Below, one piece after another: positions 29,497-39,650 of a stretch of DNA of 64,000 nucleotides. How positions within the stretch are numbered: the first letter of the stretch is position 1; each line of letters opens with the position of its first letter. The position numbers were made by a program, and so were the translations under genes. The notes under the pieces were generated by a model, which was not told where the DNA came from, made no database searches, and worked only from the letters and a program-made list of their open reading frames with translations. Source of the stretch: an uncultured Eubacteriales bacterium (GTDB taxonomy: Bacteria; Acidobacteriota; Aminicenantia; Aminicenantales; Aminicenantaceae); NCBI GenBank assembly GCA_964611275.1, contig CAZSZS010000172.1, positions 2,399 to 66,398 of the forward strand. Reading direction: 5' to 3'.

Positions 29497-30431
29497 GATA
29501 AAAGAGCATCCGTGAATTCTTCAGGAGAAAATTCAAGCATATCTTTTTCATTCTCTCCTATGCCAAGGAGCTTTATGGGAAGCTCCAGTTCCTCAACGAT
29601 GCTAACCACACTTCCTCCTTTTGCTGTTCCGTCCAGCTTGGATAAAAAGATGCCTGTCAGTCCGGAGAATTTTGAAAATTCCCTTGCCTGATGAAGGGCA
29701 TTTTGCCCAATGCTGGCGTCAAGTACTAGGAGCACTTCATGCGGGGCGCCTTCAATTTCTCTTGAAATGATTTTTTTGATTTTTTCAAGTTCGTTCATGA
29801 GGTTTATGTTGGTGTGCAGGCGGCCGGCCGTATCTATGAGAAGTATTTGATATTGCTTGGCTTTGAAAGATTGAATGGCGTCGTAGGTTACGGCAGCAGG
29901 GTCAGCTCCATACGCGCTTTTAATGACGGGGATGTTTAACTTTTTTCCCCATTCAGAAAGCTGTTCCTGAGCAGCGGCCCTGAATGTGTCTGCTGCCACC
30001 ATGAGCACTTTTTCTCCCCTTTTTTTGAAATGATAAGCTGTTTTGGCGAGGGATGTGGTCTTGCCTCCTCCGTTTGTTCCCACAAACATGACAACGGTTC
30101 CGTTGGTGTTCCTGTTGAGCCTTGAAGAAAATTTTGAGAGGATCCTGTTGATTTCTTTCTCTAAGAGCTGCTTGACCGCAGGAAAGGAATCCGTCTTTTT
30201 GCTTTTTTCTTTAAGATTGGAAATGATTTTTTCAGAAGCAGCTATCCCGACATCTGTAAGAAGAAGAGATTCCATGAGGTCATCCAGTATTTCTTCTCTT
30301 TTTTTCGGAGATTTAAACGCTTCTTTGATTTTGTCGTTGAATATCTTCCTTGTCCGGAAAAGTTTGTCTTTTAGTTGAGCCATGATACAAAGCGAATTAT
30401 ATTTTTCATGCCCTTCATTGTCAATGCGCAC
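29493..30431 (-). CDS. ftsY: signal recognition particle receptor FtsY
   Basis: Carries GTNGGGKTTSLAK, DTAGR and SKLDGTAKGG. The more likely start is MAQLKDKLF at 30383. The gene overlaps ribD by 4 nt. Confidence 0.92.
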   Translation of the reverse strand: MRIDNEGHEKYNSLCIMAQLKDKLFRTRKIFNDKIKEAFKSPKKREEILDDLMESLLLTDVGIAASEKIISNLKEKSKKTDSFPAVKQLLEKEINRILSKFSSRLNRNTNGTVVMFVGTNGGGKTTSLAKTAYHFKKRGEKVLMVAADTFRAAAQEQLSEWGKKLNIPVIKSAYGADPAAVTYDAIQSFKAKQYQILLIDTAGRLHTNINLMNELEKIKKIISREIEGAPHEVLLVLDASIGQNALHQAREFSKFSGLTGIFLSKLDGTAKGGSVVSIVEELELPIKLLGIGENEKDMLEFSPEEFTDALLS

Positions 30432-30514
30432 AAGCCGCGACAGGGTTTAAAAAGATACGCTTCAGATTAATAATCTTTGGAGTTTGCGAGCTAACTATGT
30501 TAAATTGAGATTTA

Positions 30515-32215
30515 ATGGATGAGAACATATGGTTGCTGCCTGAGCCTGATAAAAGAGCTTCCAGACTGGCTTCAGACATGGGTCTTTCCCTAGAAACAGC
30601 TCAGATTCTTTTGAATAGAGATATCACAACGAAAGAAGAAGCCCGAAAATTTCTCTTTTCCGATCTAAGCGACTTGAATGATCCTTATCAAATGGATGGC
30701 ATGGAGGAAGCTGTCTCCAGGATTGAGAAGGCAGTGAGGGATAAGGAAAAAATACTTGTTTTCGGGGACTATGATGTGGATGGAATTCTTTCCGTAGTGG
30801 TTTTTATGAAAGCGATCGAGTCGCTGGGGGGATGTATTGAGTATTTCATACCGGATAGATTAGAAGACGGATACGGAATTAAAACAAAGCACATAGAGAT
30901 GATGCTGGAACGCAAGATTAAACTCATGGTCAGTGTGGACTGCGGTATAAAAGCTGTAGATTTTACGGAGAAAGCAGAAGCTAAAGGTGTGGATGTGATC
31001 ATTACGGATCATCATCAGCCCGGACCGGAAATCCCTAAAGCCGTGGCTGTTCTCAATCCTGCCTTAAGCCATTCTTCCTATCCTGATAAAGACCTGGCCG
31101 GCATTGGCGTGATTTTTAAACTGATCCAGGCGCTTATGGAAAGGAGGAACAAGGGTTCTGTTCTTACTCATTACCTGAAGCTTGTTTCAATTGGCACTAT
31201 TGCTGATGTGGCCAAATTAAGAGGGGAAAACAGGCTTTTTGTCAGATACGGTCTTGAAGGCTTGAGAGATGTATCCAACACGGGCTTGAAGAATCTGCTT
31301 TCCATCTGCGGCCTTGAGTTTAGAGACGTAACAGCAGGAGATGTCGGATATAGAATCGCTCCCCGGCTCAATGCGGCGGGGAGGTTGGGCAAGGTGGACC
31401 TTTCCGTAGACCTTTTTCGGGTCAGGGATAAAAAAGAAAGCGAAGACATAGCCCTGCATCTGAATGAATTGAACTCATTACGGCAGAAAGCCGAGGTGAA
31501 TATATTTAACCAGGCCGTAGAAAAAATAGAAAAGAATGATCTGGAGAAAAAATACAAACTGTTAATCCTGGGAAGCAAGGAGTGGCATAGAGGGGTCATC
31601 GGTATAGTGGCCTCCAGGTTAAAGGACATGTATCACAGGCCGGTGATGCTGTTTTCCTATAAAAACGAGAAGGCGTTTGGTTCGGGGAGAAGCATTAAAG
31701 AATTTTCTCTGATTAACTGCCTGAGAAACAGCAGTCATCTATGCGCGAGTTTTGGAGGACACCCCTTAGCTGTCGGGTGCGAGATACACCAAAGCCGTTT
31801 TGATGAATTTAGAAAAGAGATGAATGTTTATGCGGATTCGGAAATTCTTGATACAGATCTAAAAAGGAAGATCAGCATAGACGTAAAAATTGACTTTAGG
31901 CATATAACACCTTCCTTTTTGGAGGAGATCGACCTGCTTAAGCCCTATGGAGTCGGAAATCCCAAGCCGGTATTCTTATCGCAGAACGTCTGTATGGCCT
32001 CCAGGCCAAAACTTCTCAAAGGAAAGCACAGCAAGTTCATGGTAACAAAAGACGAAAGGTTTTTTGAAGCTATGGGGTGGAGAAGAAAGGACTGGGCTGA
32101 GGCTTTTGAAAAAGGGGATATGGCGGACATCGTTTATTCTTTTAGCCACAATGAGTATCTTGGAAAAAGACGGTTGAATTTTGTTCTGCATGATATAAAG
32201 TCGGTCAAAAAATAA
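30515..32215 (+). CDS. recJ: single-stranded-DNA-specific exonuclease RecJ
   Basis: 566 aa with DHH motifs (VFGDYDVDGI, ITDHH) and DHHA1. Confidence 0.92.
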   Translation: MDENIWLLPEPDKRASRLASDMGLSLETAQILLNRDITTKEEARKFLFSDLSDLNDPYQMDGMEEAVSRIEKAVRDKEKILVFGDYDVDGILSVVVFMKAIESLGGCIEYFIPDRLEDGYGIKTKHIEMMLERKIKLMVSVDCGIKAVDFTEKAEAKGVDVIITDHHQPGPEIPKAVAVLNPALSHSSYPDKDLAGIGVIFKLIQALMERRNKGSVLTHYLKLVSIGTIADVAKLRGENRLFVRYGLEGLRDVSNTGLKNLLSICGLEFRDVTAGDVGYRIAPRLNAAGRLGKVDLSVDLFRVRDKKESEDIALHLNELNSLRQKAEVNIFNQAVEKIEKNDLEKKYKLLILGSKEWHRGVIGIVASRLKDMYHRPVMLFSYKNEKAFGSGRSIKEFSLINCLRNSSHLCASFGGHPLAVGCEIHQSRFDEFRKEMNVYADSEILDTDLKRKISIDVKIDFRHITPSFLEEIDLLKPYGVGNPKPVFLSQNVCMASRPKLLKGKHSKFMVTKDERFFEAMGWRRKDWAEAFEKGDMADIVYSFSHNEYLGKRRLNFVLHDIKSVKK

Positions 32216-32273
32216 TAAAGAAGCCTCATGTTTATGATCCTGAAAATTGCTTTATAATAGATTTGGATAACAT

Positions 32274-34148
32274 ATGCTTAAAAAAACAAAAACAAAGAAG
32301 GTCAGGTCTGCCTTGATACTCAAGCGCCTGACTTTATTGTTGCTTGTACTGGTCATTGTCATTATCGGGGCGGATATTGTTTCCAGGTCCGGGAAGAAGA
32401 CAAATTTTTCCCTTTCTGATGAGGAATTGAAGGAACAAAAAGTCGAACAAAGGGAAGACGTGCTCTATTTAGAGGATGAAGAAGGGAGGCCGGTGCTTGA
32501 ATCAAAAGCCGGCCGGCAGTATCTGGGGGAGGACGGATTTTACCACCTTGAAGGAGACGTCTTGATAAGGTTTGTAAAGCGTGCCGAGGGAGAAGATGTC
32601 GTTTTCAAAGGAGATGAGATCCTCCATGACAGAGAAGGAAATCGGTTTATTCTCAAAGGGAATGCTGTCATAGAATTTAAGGACCTTTTGATTGAGTCTT
32701 CTTACCTTGAGTATGAGAGCAAAGACCATGTGATGACCACGGACAAAGGAGTGTCTTTTTCTTCTGATAGGATCAGGGGACGGGGACAGAACATGGTCTG
32801 CTGGGAAGCAAAAAAGGAAGTGAAGATCTGGGACAGCGTGCATCTGGAACTGATCCAGGATGAGGAGGGTTCAAAGGTCATTCACGTGAGCGGAGACGAA
32901 TTGTTTTATACGCATAAGTGGGGCAACGGCTCTGTGGATGGGCATGTTAAGGTTAAAACCGGCAGGAGCTCCATAAGTGCGGAACGGATGGAATTTGACC
33001 TTCCCCAGGAGAGGGATTTTTTAAGGTCCATGAATTTGAAGGGAAATATCAAGGCGGACCTTTTTTTGGAGTCCACATCCATAGACGGACCCAAGGTTCA
33101 GGAGTACAGAGCTGAAGCCGAGGGAGTGTTTATCAGGTTTTTCAAATATCTTGACTCTCCACAGATGATCGCTGCCAGAGGCAACTGCTTGATTGATTCC
33201 GTCAAGACAGATATGGGTTTCAACCGAATCCAGTCAGAAAGGTTTGCCATTGATTTCAGCAGAGATGGGGAAATAAAGGAGTTTTCGGGAGCAGAAAATG
33301 TAATTGTCGAGGAAAATGGAGGAGATGACAAGAGGCTGATCAAAGGGAATCAATTTTCATTTGATAGTCAAAAGGAGACACTGACTGTGTTTGGCCATGA
33401 GACCCAGAAGGCAGAGATCTCTTCTGGTGAATATGAGATTTCTGCCGATGAGATTATCAGCGGTCTGGACGGGCGCGGTCTGGAAGCAAAAGGAGAAATA
33501 ACAGGAGTGTTCCTGCCGTCTGAAGGAAGTAAAGTGAGCATCGGACTCTTTTCCGGCTCGCAGCTTGTGTTCATTTCATCGGATACAATGAGATATTTGA
33601 GTGAGCAGGACCGTTTTATATTTAAGGGAAAAGTAAAATTATGGCAGGAACAGGAAATGCTGAATACAGAGGAGCTTATTCTCAGGAAAGAAACCGGGGA
33701 ACTGGCTGCCCATAAGGGCGTTCAAACAGTCTTTGTTGTTGAAAACAGCGAGGGAGAAGAAAAAAACATGACCATCACCTCGAATGACATGGAATTTGAC
33801 CCGGAAAAAAATAAAATTTCCTATATGCAGGAATGTTCTTTGGTTACAGAGCAGATCCTTTTGAATGCAAAGTCTCTATCCATACTCATGAAAGAGGGTG
33901 AAAGTGCGTTAGACATTATCACAGCAAGGGATGCCGTGACGGTCAAGATGGGGGTGTATGAAGCCAGGGGAGAGAAAGCTGTATACACTCTGGAAGATGA
34001 AAAGATGGTCCTGACGGGAAAGCCTGTTCTTATAGAGGAAAACGGGGGAAGGACGAATGGAGACAAATTGACTTTTATTATGTCCGATGATAGAATCATC
34101 GTCGAAAACAGAGGAGACCAAAGATCGGTAACTGTAATAAAGAAGTGA
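32274..34148 (+). CDS. membrane-anchored LptC/LptA (OstA-like) family protein, unusually long (624 aa)
   Basis: Has an N-terminal TM anchor (LTLLLLVLVIVIIGADIV). Contains repeated LptC/LptA-like segments, ending GEKAVYTLEDEKMVLTGKPVLIEENGGRTNGDKLTFIMSDDRIIVEN. It abuts lptB with a 3-nt gap, in the position of lptC-lptA. Confidence 0.6.
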   Translation: MLKKTKTKKVRSALILKRLTLLLLVLVIVIIGADIVSRSGKKTNFSLSDEELKEQKVEQREDVLYLEDEEGRPVLESKAGRQYLGEDGFYHLEGDVLIRFVKRAEGEDVVFKGDEILHDREGNRFILKGNAVIEFKDLLIESSYLEYESKDHVMTTDKGVSFSSDRIRGRGQNMVCWEAKKEVKIWDSVHLELIQDEEGSKVIHVSGDELFYTHKWGNGSVDGHVKVKTGRSSISAERMEFDLPQERDFLRSMNLKGNIKADLFLESTSIDGPKVQEYRAEAEGVFIRFFKYLDSPQMIAARGNCLIDSVKTDMGFNRIQSERFAIDFSRDGEIKEFSGAENVIVEENGGDDKRLIKGNQFSFDSQKETLTVFGHETQKAEISSGEYEISADEIISGLDGRGLEAKGEITGVFLPSEGSKVSIGLFSGSQLVFISSDTMRYLSEQDRFIFKGKVKLWQEQEMLNTEELILRKETGELAAHKGVQTVFVVENSEGEEKNMTITSNDMEFDPEKNKISYMQECSLVTEQILLNAKSLSILMKEGESALDIITARDAVTVKMGVYEARGEKAVYTLEDEKMVLTGKPVLIEENGGRTNGDKLTFIMSDDRIIVENRGDQRSVTVIKK

Positions 34149-34151
34149 ACG

Positions 34152-34880
34152 ATGGATACTTACTTAGAAGCGAAAGGACTGGAAAAAAGCTATCGAAAAA
34201 AGAAAGTCGTGAACAATGTTTCTATAAAAGTCCGTAGGGGTGAAATTGTCGGTCTTTTGGGGCCAAATGGTGCGGGAAAAACAACGACCTTCGGAATGAT
34301 ACTTGGGCATATTTCTCAGGACGCCGGGAAAATTTATTTGGAGGGGGAAGATATAACCGCTTTTCCCATGTATCTGAGGGCTCGAAAAGGATTGTGCCTC
34401 CTTCCCCAGGAACCCTCTTCATTCAGAAAGTTAAGCGTTGGTGACAATCTTTTAGCTGTGAATGAGATCTTATCTGATTCTTCTCCTTTGAATGAATCAG
34501 ATGTGATAGGAATATTGAACGAATTCGGGTTGGCGCAGCTTATTGAAGAAAAGGCCATTACCCTGTCCGGAGGAGAGAGGAGAAGGCTTGAAATTGCAAG
34601 GGCATTGACTACCAATCCGGATTATATCCTTCTGGATGAACCTTTTACAGGCATAGATCCTTTAGCTATCTCTGACCTGCAAAAAATCATCTTTTCTCTC
34701 AAGGATAGGGGCATCGGTTTGTTGATTACAGATCACAGTGTCAGGGAAACTCTAAAAATTACAGACAGGGCTTATATTATGGACAAAGGGAAGATATTGA
34801 TTAATGGGACCCCTGAAGAAGTGGTTCACTCTAAGAAGGTAAAATCATCCTATTTAGGAGAGGAGTTCAGACTGGAATGA
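34152..34880 (+). CDS. lptB: LPS export ABC transporter ATP-binding protein LptB
   Basis: 242 aa with GPNGAGKTT, LSGGERRRLEIARAL and LLDEPF. Confidence 0.93.
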   Translation: MDTYLEAKGLEKSYRKKKVVNNVSIKVRRGEIVGLLGPNGAGKTTTFGMILGHISQDAGKIYLEGEDITAFPMYLRARKGLCLLPQEPSSFRKLSVGDNLLAVNEILSDSSPLNESDVIGILNEFGLAQLIEEKAITLSGGERRRLEIARALTTNPDYILLDEPFTGIDPLAISDLQKIIFSLKDRGIGLLITDHSVRETLKITDRAYIMDKGKILINGTPEEVVHSKKVKSSYLGEEFRLE

Positions 34881-34909
34881 TTTCCGGATGTCGATTATAA
34901 GGAAAGAAT

Positions 34910-36355
34910 ATGGCTTTGAAACAGCAGTTAAATCAAAAGCAGGTTCAAAAAATTATCCTTGCACCTGCCTTGCAGCAGGCCATAAAGCTTCTTCCGTTGA
35001 CAAATTTGGAGATTATTGAGGTCATAGATGCGGAACTAAGTGAGAATCCTTTGCTTGAGATAAAAGAAGAGACAGAGAAGGAAGAGCGGGGAGACCAGAA
35101 GGAGAATAAGGAGCCGGACTCGAACTCACAGGAAACAGGCGATTCTTCGGAAAAGGAAGATGACAAGGAATTTGAAGCTATGTATGAGCAGTACTTTGAC
35201 AACAGATTCAATTCTTTTTCCATGGAAAGAAAAGAATCCCCTGATTATGAGAATTTTGTGACAAAGGCTCCTTCCCTGTGGGAACGTCTAGACTGGCAGG
35301 CCAATATGACCCACTTTGCAAAGAAGGAAAAGGAGATAGCTCATTATATCATAGGAAATATAGATGAAGACGGATATCTGGCAACCTCTTTGGAGGATAT
35401 CTCAAAAGCTGTTAATACGCCTTTGGATAAGATCGAAGAGGTGAGAAAGAAAATAATGAGCTTCGATCCTGTTGGAGTGGGGAGTCTTTCTCTTAAAGAA
35501 GCTCTTCTGGCACAATTGGATTATTTGGAAATTGAAAATGAAAATCTCAGAAATATCATTGAGAACTATCTTGAGCTTTTGGAAGAGTCCCGTTATGAAG
35601 AGCTGTCCAAACATTGCGGGATCTCACTTTCCGAAGTAAGAGAGGTCATTGAAGAAATCAAAAGATTAAATCCTAGGCCCGGGAGAAAATACACCCAGGA
35701 AAAGACGGATTATATTATCCCTGATATTATTGTGGAAAAAGCAGATGATAGGTACACCATAAAAGTTAACGATGAGGGCATACCAAGCCTCAGGATAAAT
35801 AAATTCTATAGGAAACTCATTGCACGCGCATCAAAGGACAATCCTGAAGCCTATGAGTTCTTAAAAGCTAAATTAAAAAAGGCATTCTGGTTTTTACGGA
35901 GTCTGGACCAGAGAAATAACACTATTTATAAAGTCGCACAATTTATTTTAGAGAAGCAGGAGGATTTTATAGAAAAAGGACTGGATTATATCAAACCATT
36001 GACTTTGATTGAGTTGGCCCAGGAAATCGGAGTGCATGAATCCACTGTTGGGCGCGTTGTAGCAAACAAACATATTATGACACCCAGAGGAGTGTTTCCT
36101 TTGAAGTATTTCTTTCATAAAGCCCTTTCCGGAGATACAGGCGAAGAGGTTTCCACTTTGAGGATAAAGGAAAAGATAAAAAAATTAGTGGAGAGCGAGG
36201 ACGGGAAAAATCCGTTGAGTGATGTTGAATTAAGTGATGTTCTGGCAAAAGAAAGCTTCAATATAGCACGGCGAACAGTAGCGAAATACAGAAAACAATT
36301 AAAAATTCCGCCTTCTCATATAAGAAAAAGAAAATATTTGATGGAGGAGTCATGA
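34910..36355 (+). CDS. rpoN: RNA polymerase sigma-54 factor
   Basis: 481 aa with the N-terminal LKQQLNQKQ, an acidic region II, and the RpoN box ARRTVAKYR. Confidence 0.95.
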   Translation: MALKQQLNQKQVQKIILAPALQQAIKLLPLTNLEIIEVIDAELSENPLLEIKEETEKEERGDQKENKEPDSNSQETGDSSEKEDDKEFEAMYEQYFDNRFNSFSMERKESPDYENFVTKAPSLWERLDWQANMTHFAKKEKEIAHYIIGNIDEDGYLATSLEDISKAVNTPLDKIEEVRKKIMSFDPVGVGSLSLKEALLAQLDYLEIENENLRNIIENYLELLEESRYEELSKHCGISLSEVREVIEEIKRLNPRPGRKYTQEKTDYIIPDIIVEKADDRYTIKVNDEGIPSLRINKFYRKLIARASKDNPEAYEFLKAKLKKAFWFLRSLDQRNNTIYKVAQFILEKQEDFIEKGLDYIKPLTLIELAQEIGVHESTVGRVVANKHIMTPRGVFPLKYFFHKALSGDTGEEVSTLRIKEKIKKLVESEDGKNPLSDVELSDVLAKESFNIARRTVAKYRKQLKIPPSHIRKRKYLMEES

Positions 36356-36879
36356 TAAATATAAATTATACAGGCAGACAGACAAACATTTCCGCTGAGA
36401 TAAGAGAGTATTGTGAAAAAAGGATCAAAAGCACGGAAAAGCTGGTCAGTTCACATGCGGAGGTGGATATCATATTGTCAGTAGAAAAATACCGACATAA
36501 AGCAGAGATCAATATTTCTTCTAAAGGATTCAATTTAAATGCTGCTGAAGAGACCCGGGATATGCTCTCTTCCCTGGGGCTTGCTTTTGATAATATTGAG
36601 AGGCAGATAAAAAAAGAGAAGGATAAGATGAGGCAGCGGAAAAGGAGAATAAAAAAGGAATCCGAGCCTTTTGTGGCTGAGGGCGAATCGCAGAAGAAAG
36701 GAAAGAGGATTATAAAAAATGATGATTATTCATTAAAACCAATGTCAGTGGACGAAGCAGCCCTATTGTTTGACTCAAAAAAGAGAGATGTTTTCGTTTT
36801 CAGGACCCTTGAGAAACAAAATTGGGCAGTCTTATATAAAAGGAAAGATGGAAATCTGGGTCTGATTGAGCTTGAATAA
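36352..36879 (+). CDS. hpf: ribosome hibernation promoting factor (long HPF)
   Basis: 175 aa with an S30AE N-domain plus a C-terminal dimerisation domain. Canonical position after rpoN. Confidence 0.88.
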   Translation: MININYTGRQTNISAEIREYCEKRIKSTEKLVSSHAEVDIILSVEKYRHKAEINISSKGFNLNAAEETRDMLSSLGLAFDNIERQIKKEKDKMRQRKRRIKKESEPFVAEGESQKKGKRIIKNDDYSLKPMSVDEAALLFDSKKRDVFVFRTLEKQNWAVLYKRKDGNLGLIELE

Positions 36880-36894
36880 GATAGAGAGATAAAA

Positions 36895-37365
36895 TTGAAA
36901 GTAAGCAATTTATTAACGAACAATATGGTCATTTTGGATTTGGAAAGCGATGGTCGTGACGGAGCCATAAGAGAAATGGTCTCTTTTTTAAAGGACAGAA
37001 AGAAGGAAATAAAAGAGAAAGACCTGTATGAACGGCTGATACAGAGAGAGGAACTCGGCAGCACGGCTATTGGCGAGGGATTTGCCATTCCGCACTGTAA
37101 AGTCAAATCTGCTAAAGATTTAACGGTTCTTCTTGTAATCTCCAGGAAAGGGGTTGATTTCCATTCCCAGGATAAAAAGCCTTCATTCATATTTTTTCTG
37201 GTTGTTTCTTCTCCGGACAATCCAAGTATTAATCTACAGGCTTTAGCGGCTATCGCCCATCTCATCCGCAAATCTAAGAATCTTGTCAAAAAGATAATCA
37301 ATGCGAAAAACATCAGTGAGGTTTTGACAGTTATCCAGAATGAAGAGGACCGCATAGATGAGTAG
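36895..37365 (+). CDS. ptsN: PTS EIIA(Ntr) nitrogen-regulatory protein PtsN
   Basis: 156 aa with a TTG start and the active-site context GEGFAIPHCK. Confidence 0.88.
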   Translation: MKVSNLLTNNMVILDLESDGRDGAIREMVSFLKDRKKEIKEKDLYERLIQREELGSTAIGEGFAIPHCKVKSAKDLTVLLVISRKGVDFHSQDKKPSFIFFLVVSSPDNPSINLQALAAIAHLIRKSKNLVKKIINAKNISEVLTVIQNEEDRIDE

Positions 37366-37948
37366 GGATGACGAGAGCTCCACTGTCGAAGAAGGCAATG
37401 CGAACCAGAAAGTGGTTTCAGGGGGGCTGCTTCAAGTCAATGGTCTCGGTGTCTTGATAAGGGGGGATAGTGGGATTGGAAAAAGCGAAAGCGCCCTTGA
37501 GTTGATATCCAGGGGATGGCGTTTTGTTTCTGACGATGTGACGAATATAAAAAAAAACTCATCAAACAAACTTATAGGCACATCACCTTCTTTAAGCCGC
37601 TATTTTATGGAAATAAGGGGCCTTGGGATTATCAACATCAAACAGATTTTCGGATCCAAAGCCATCTGCAAACGCTCCAAGATAGATTTAGTCATAAATT
37701 TAAAAAACTGGGAGCAGAATAAAGAATATGACCGGCTCGGCCTGGAATCACCGGAAAAACGCGAGATGTTAGGCGTTAAAATCCCTCAGATAATTCTTCC
37801 AGTGGCCCCCGGGAGGAATATCGCTACTTTGATAGAGGTAGCCTGTAAAGTGCAGATACTGAGAGAAAAAGGGTATCATGCTCCCCAAGAAATCACACAC
37901 AGACTGAACCAGGACATTGCCTTAAAGGAAAAAAAAAGGAATAAATAA
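37358..37948 (+). CDS. hprK: HPr kinase/phosphorylase, short form (catalytic C-terminal domain only)
   Basis: 196 aa with GVLIRGDSGIGKSESALELISRG. Confidence 0.88.
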   Translation: MSRDDESSTVEEGNANQKVVSGGLLQVNGLGVLIRGDSGIGKSESALELISRGWRFVSDDVTNIKKNSSNKLIGTSPSLSRYFMEIRGLGIINIKQIFGSKAICKRSKIDLVINLKNWEQNKEYDRLGLESPEKREMLGVKIPQIILPVAPGRNIATLIEVACKVQILREKGYHAPQEITHRLNQDIALKEKKRNK

Positions 37949-37949
37949 A

Positions 37950-38807
37950 TTGGCAGATTATAATTTTCTGATCATTACAGGACTTTCAGGTTCCGGAAAA
38001 ACAGCGGCCAGCCGTTTTTTTGAGGATTTCGGATATTATTGTATGGATAATATTCCTGCCAAATTGATTCCTAGTTTCGTAGACTTATGGCGAAAGAAAG
38101 AATTCCAGATAGATAAAGTGGCGTTTGTGATTGATATAAGGGAAGCCGGATTTGTTTCGGAGTTCCCTGAGATTCTGAAAAAAATAAGGAAAAAGCTTTC
38201 TCCCTGTGTGATTTTTATGGAAGCTTCAGATGAGACCATCGTTAAAAGATTCAGTGAAAGCAGACGGCCTCATCCTTTGACAGGCCAGGGAACAGTCATC
38301 CAGAATATCCAGCTGGAAAGGGAAAAACTTGCGGAAATCAAAAATCTTTCCGACGAAGTCATTGATACGTCAAAGACGAGTATCGCTGATTTAAAAAAAT
38401 TGATATCTGATAGGTTCTTAAGAAAGAGCGAATACCGGATCCAGATAATGTTGATTAGTTTTGGATACAAATATGGAGTCCCTCTGGATTCTGACCTTGT
38501 TTTTGATACAAGGTTTCTACCAAATCCTCATTATATAGACCGGTTGAGAGACAAGACGGGTCAGGAGAAGAAAGTTTCTGACTATATCTATAATTCTGAA
38601 ACAACAAAAAAATATATCAAACATCTCTTTGGTTTTATAGATTTTCAGCTGCCTTATTTTATAGAAGAAGGAAAGAGTTATCTGACAATTGCCATCGGAT
38701 GCACAGGCGGAAAACACCGGTCCGTTGCTGTTGCCGAGTGGTTGAAGGAACATTTAGAATCAAAAAAATATAGCATTCAAATCACTCATCGTGATATATT
38801 CAGATAG
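37950..38807 (+). CDS. rapZ: RNase adapter / nucleotide-binding protein RapZ (YhbJ)
   Basis: 285 aa with ITGLSGSGKT and the C-terminal GCTGGKHRSV. Confidence 0.9.
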   Translation: MADYNFLIITGLSGSGKTAASRFFEDFGYYCMDNIPAKLIPSFVDLWRKKEFQIDKVAFVIDIREAGFVSEFPEILKKIRKKLSPCVIFMEASDETIVKRFSESRRPHPLTGQGTVIQNIQLEREKLAEIKNLSDEVIDTSKTSIADLKKLISDRFLRKSEYRIQIMLISFGYKYGVPLDSDLVFDTRFLPNPHYIDRLRDKTGQEKKVSDYIYNSETTKKYIKHLFGFIDFQLPYFIEEGKSYLTIAIGCTGGKHRSVAVAEWLKEHLESKKYSIQITHRDIFR

Positions 38808-38936
38808 GTTTTAAGATCGATGCTTTTAGTTCGATAGAAAGGACTTAATGTATTTGTTCATACGTGTTAAAATAGTCATCGGCCGGATAGATGAATGCAT
38901 CGAGAGTGTTGGAATATATCCAATTGTGTTGTGTGA

Positions 38937-39353
38937 ATGGAAAATGAGATGATCGGCGGCGTTATTGTTTCTCACGGGAAATTGGCTGAAGAACTCTTGA
39001 ATGCACTCACCATAATTTTAGGGGAGGCTGTTAACATAGAGGCAATTTCAATTGGCTGGTATGATGATGTAGAGGAGTCAAAGAAAAAAATAAATGAAAG
39101 CATAAAAAGGGTCGATCAAAAAAACGGAGTACTCATTTTTACTGATATGTTTGGCGGCACTCCTTCGAATTTGAGTTTTAGTTTTTTAAAAGACGGTCAG
39201 GTTGAGATAATAACAGGAGTCAATCTGCCCATGCTCATAAAATTCGTCTCCTTGCAGAGGAGCTATAATTTGGAGGATGTTGCAAGGAAAGTCGTTGAAC
39301 AAGGGAAAAAAAACATACATCTTGCCAGCGCACTGCTGAAGACAAAAAGTTAA
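38937..39353 (+). CDS. PTS mannose-family EIIA component
   Basis: 138 aa with GGVIVSHGKLAEEL (active-site His context). No EIIB, EIIC or EIID gene in the window. Confidence 0.8.
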   Translation: MENEMIGGVIVSHGKLAEELLNALTIILGEAVNIEAISIGWYDDVEESKKKINESIKRVDQKNGVLIFTDMFGGTPSNLSFSFLKDGQVEIITGVNLPMLIKFVSLQRSYNLEDVARKVVEQGKKNIHLASALLKTKS

Positions 39354-39374
39354 TCTTTATTTTAGCTGGGATCC

Positions 39375-39644
39375 ATGATTAAAAAAAAACTGGTAATAAA
39401 AAACAAGTTAGGCCTGCACGCAAGAGCAGCCGTAAAATTTGTTAATTTGGCTAACAGGTTTGCCTCATCTATAAAAATAGTGAAAGACGGGAGTGAGGTT
39501 GATGGAAAGAGCGTTCTGGGCATACTCACGCTCGCAGCAGTCCAGGGTTCGGAAATACAGTTAAATGTATCAGGAAAAGACGAGGATATGGCTTTTCAGG
39601 CCCTCAGTGATTTGATTGATGACAAGTTTCATGAAAAAGAGTGA
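39375..39644 (+). CDS. ptsH: phosphocarrier protein HPr
   Basis: 89 aa with GLHARAA (His15 context) and GKSVLG (Ser46 context). Confidence 0.9.
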   Translation: MIKKKLVIKNKLGLHARAAVKFVNLANRFASSIKIVKDGSEVDGKSVLGILTLAAVQGSEIQLNVSGKDEDMAFQALSDLIDDKFHEKE

Positions 39645-39650
39645 TTTTCG

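Noticed and set aside
29493-30514. FMN (RFN) riboswitch ahead of the rib operon.
   Set aside because: ribD overlaps the upstream ftsY by 4 nt, so there is no leader. The 83-nt spacer upstream of ftsY shows no RFN-like conserved core.
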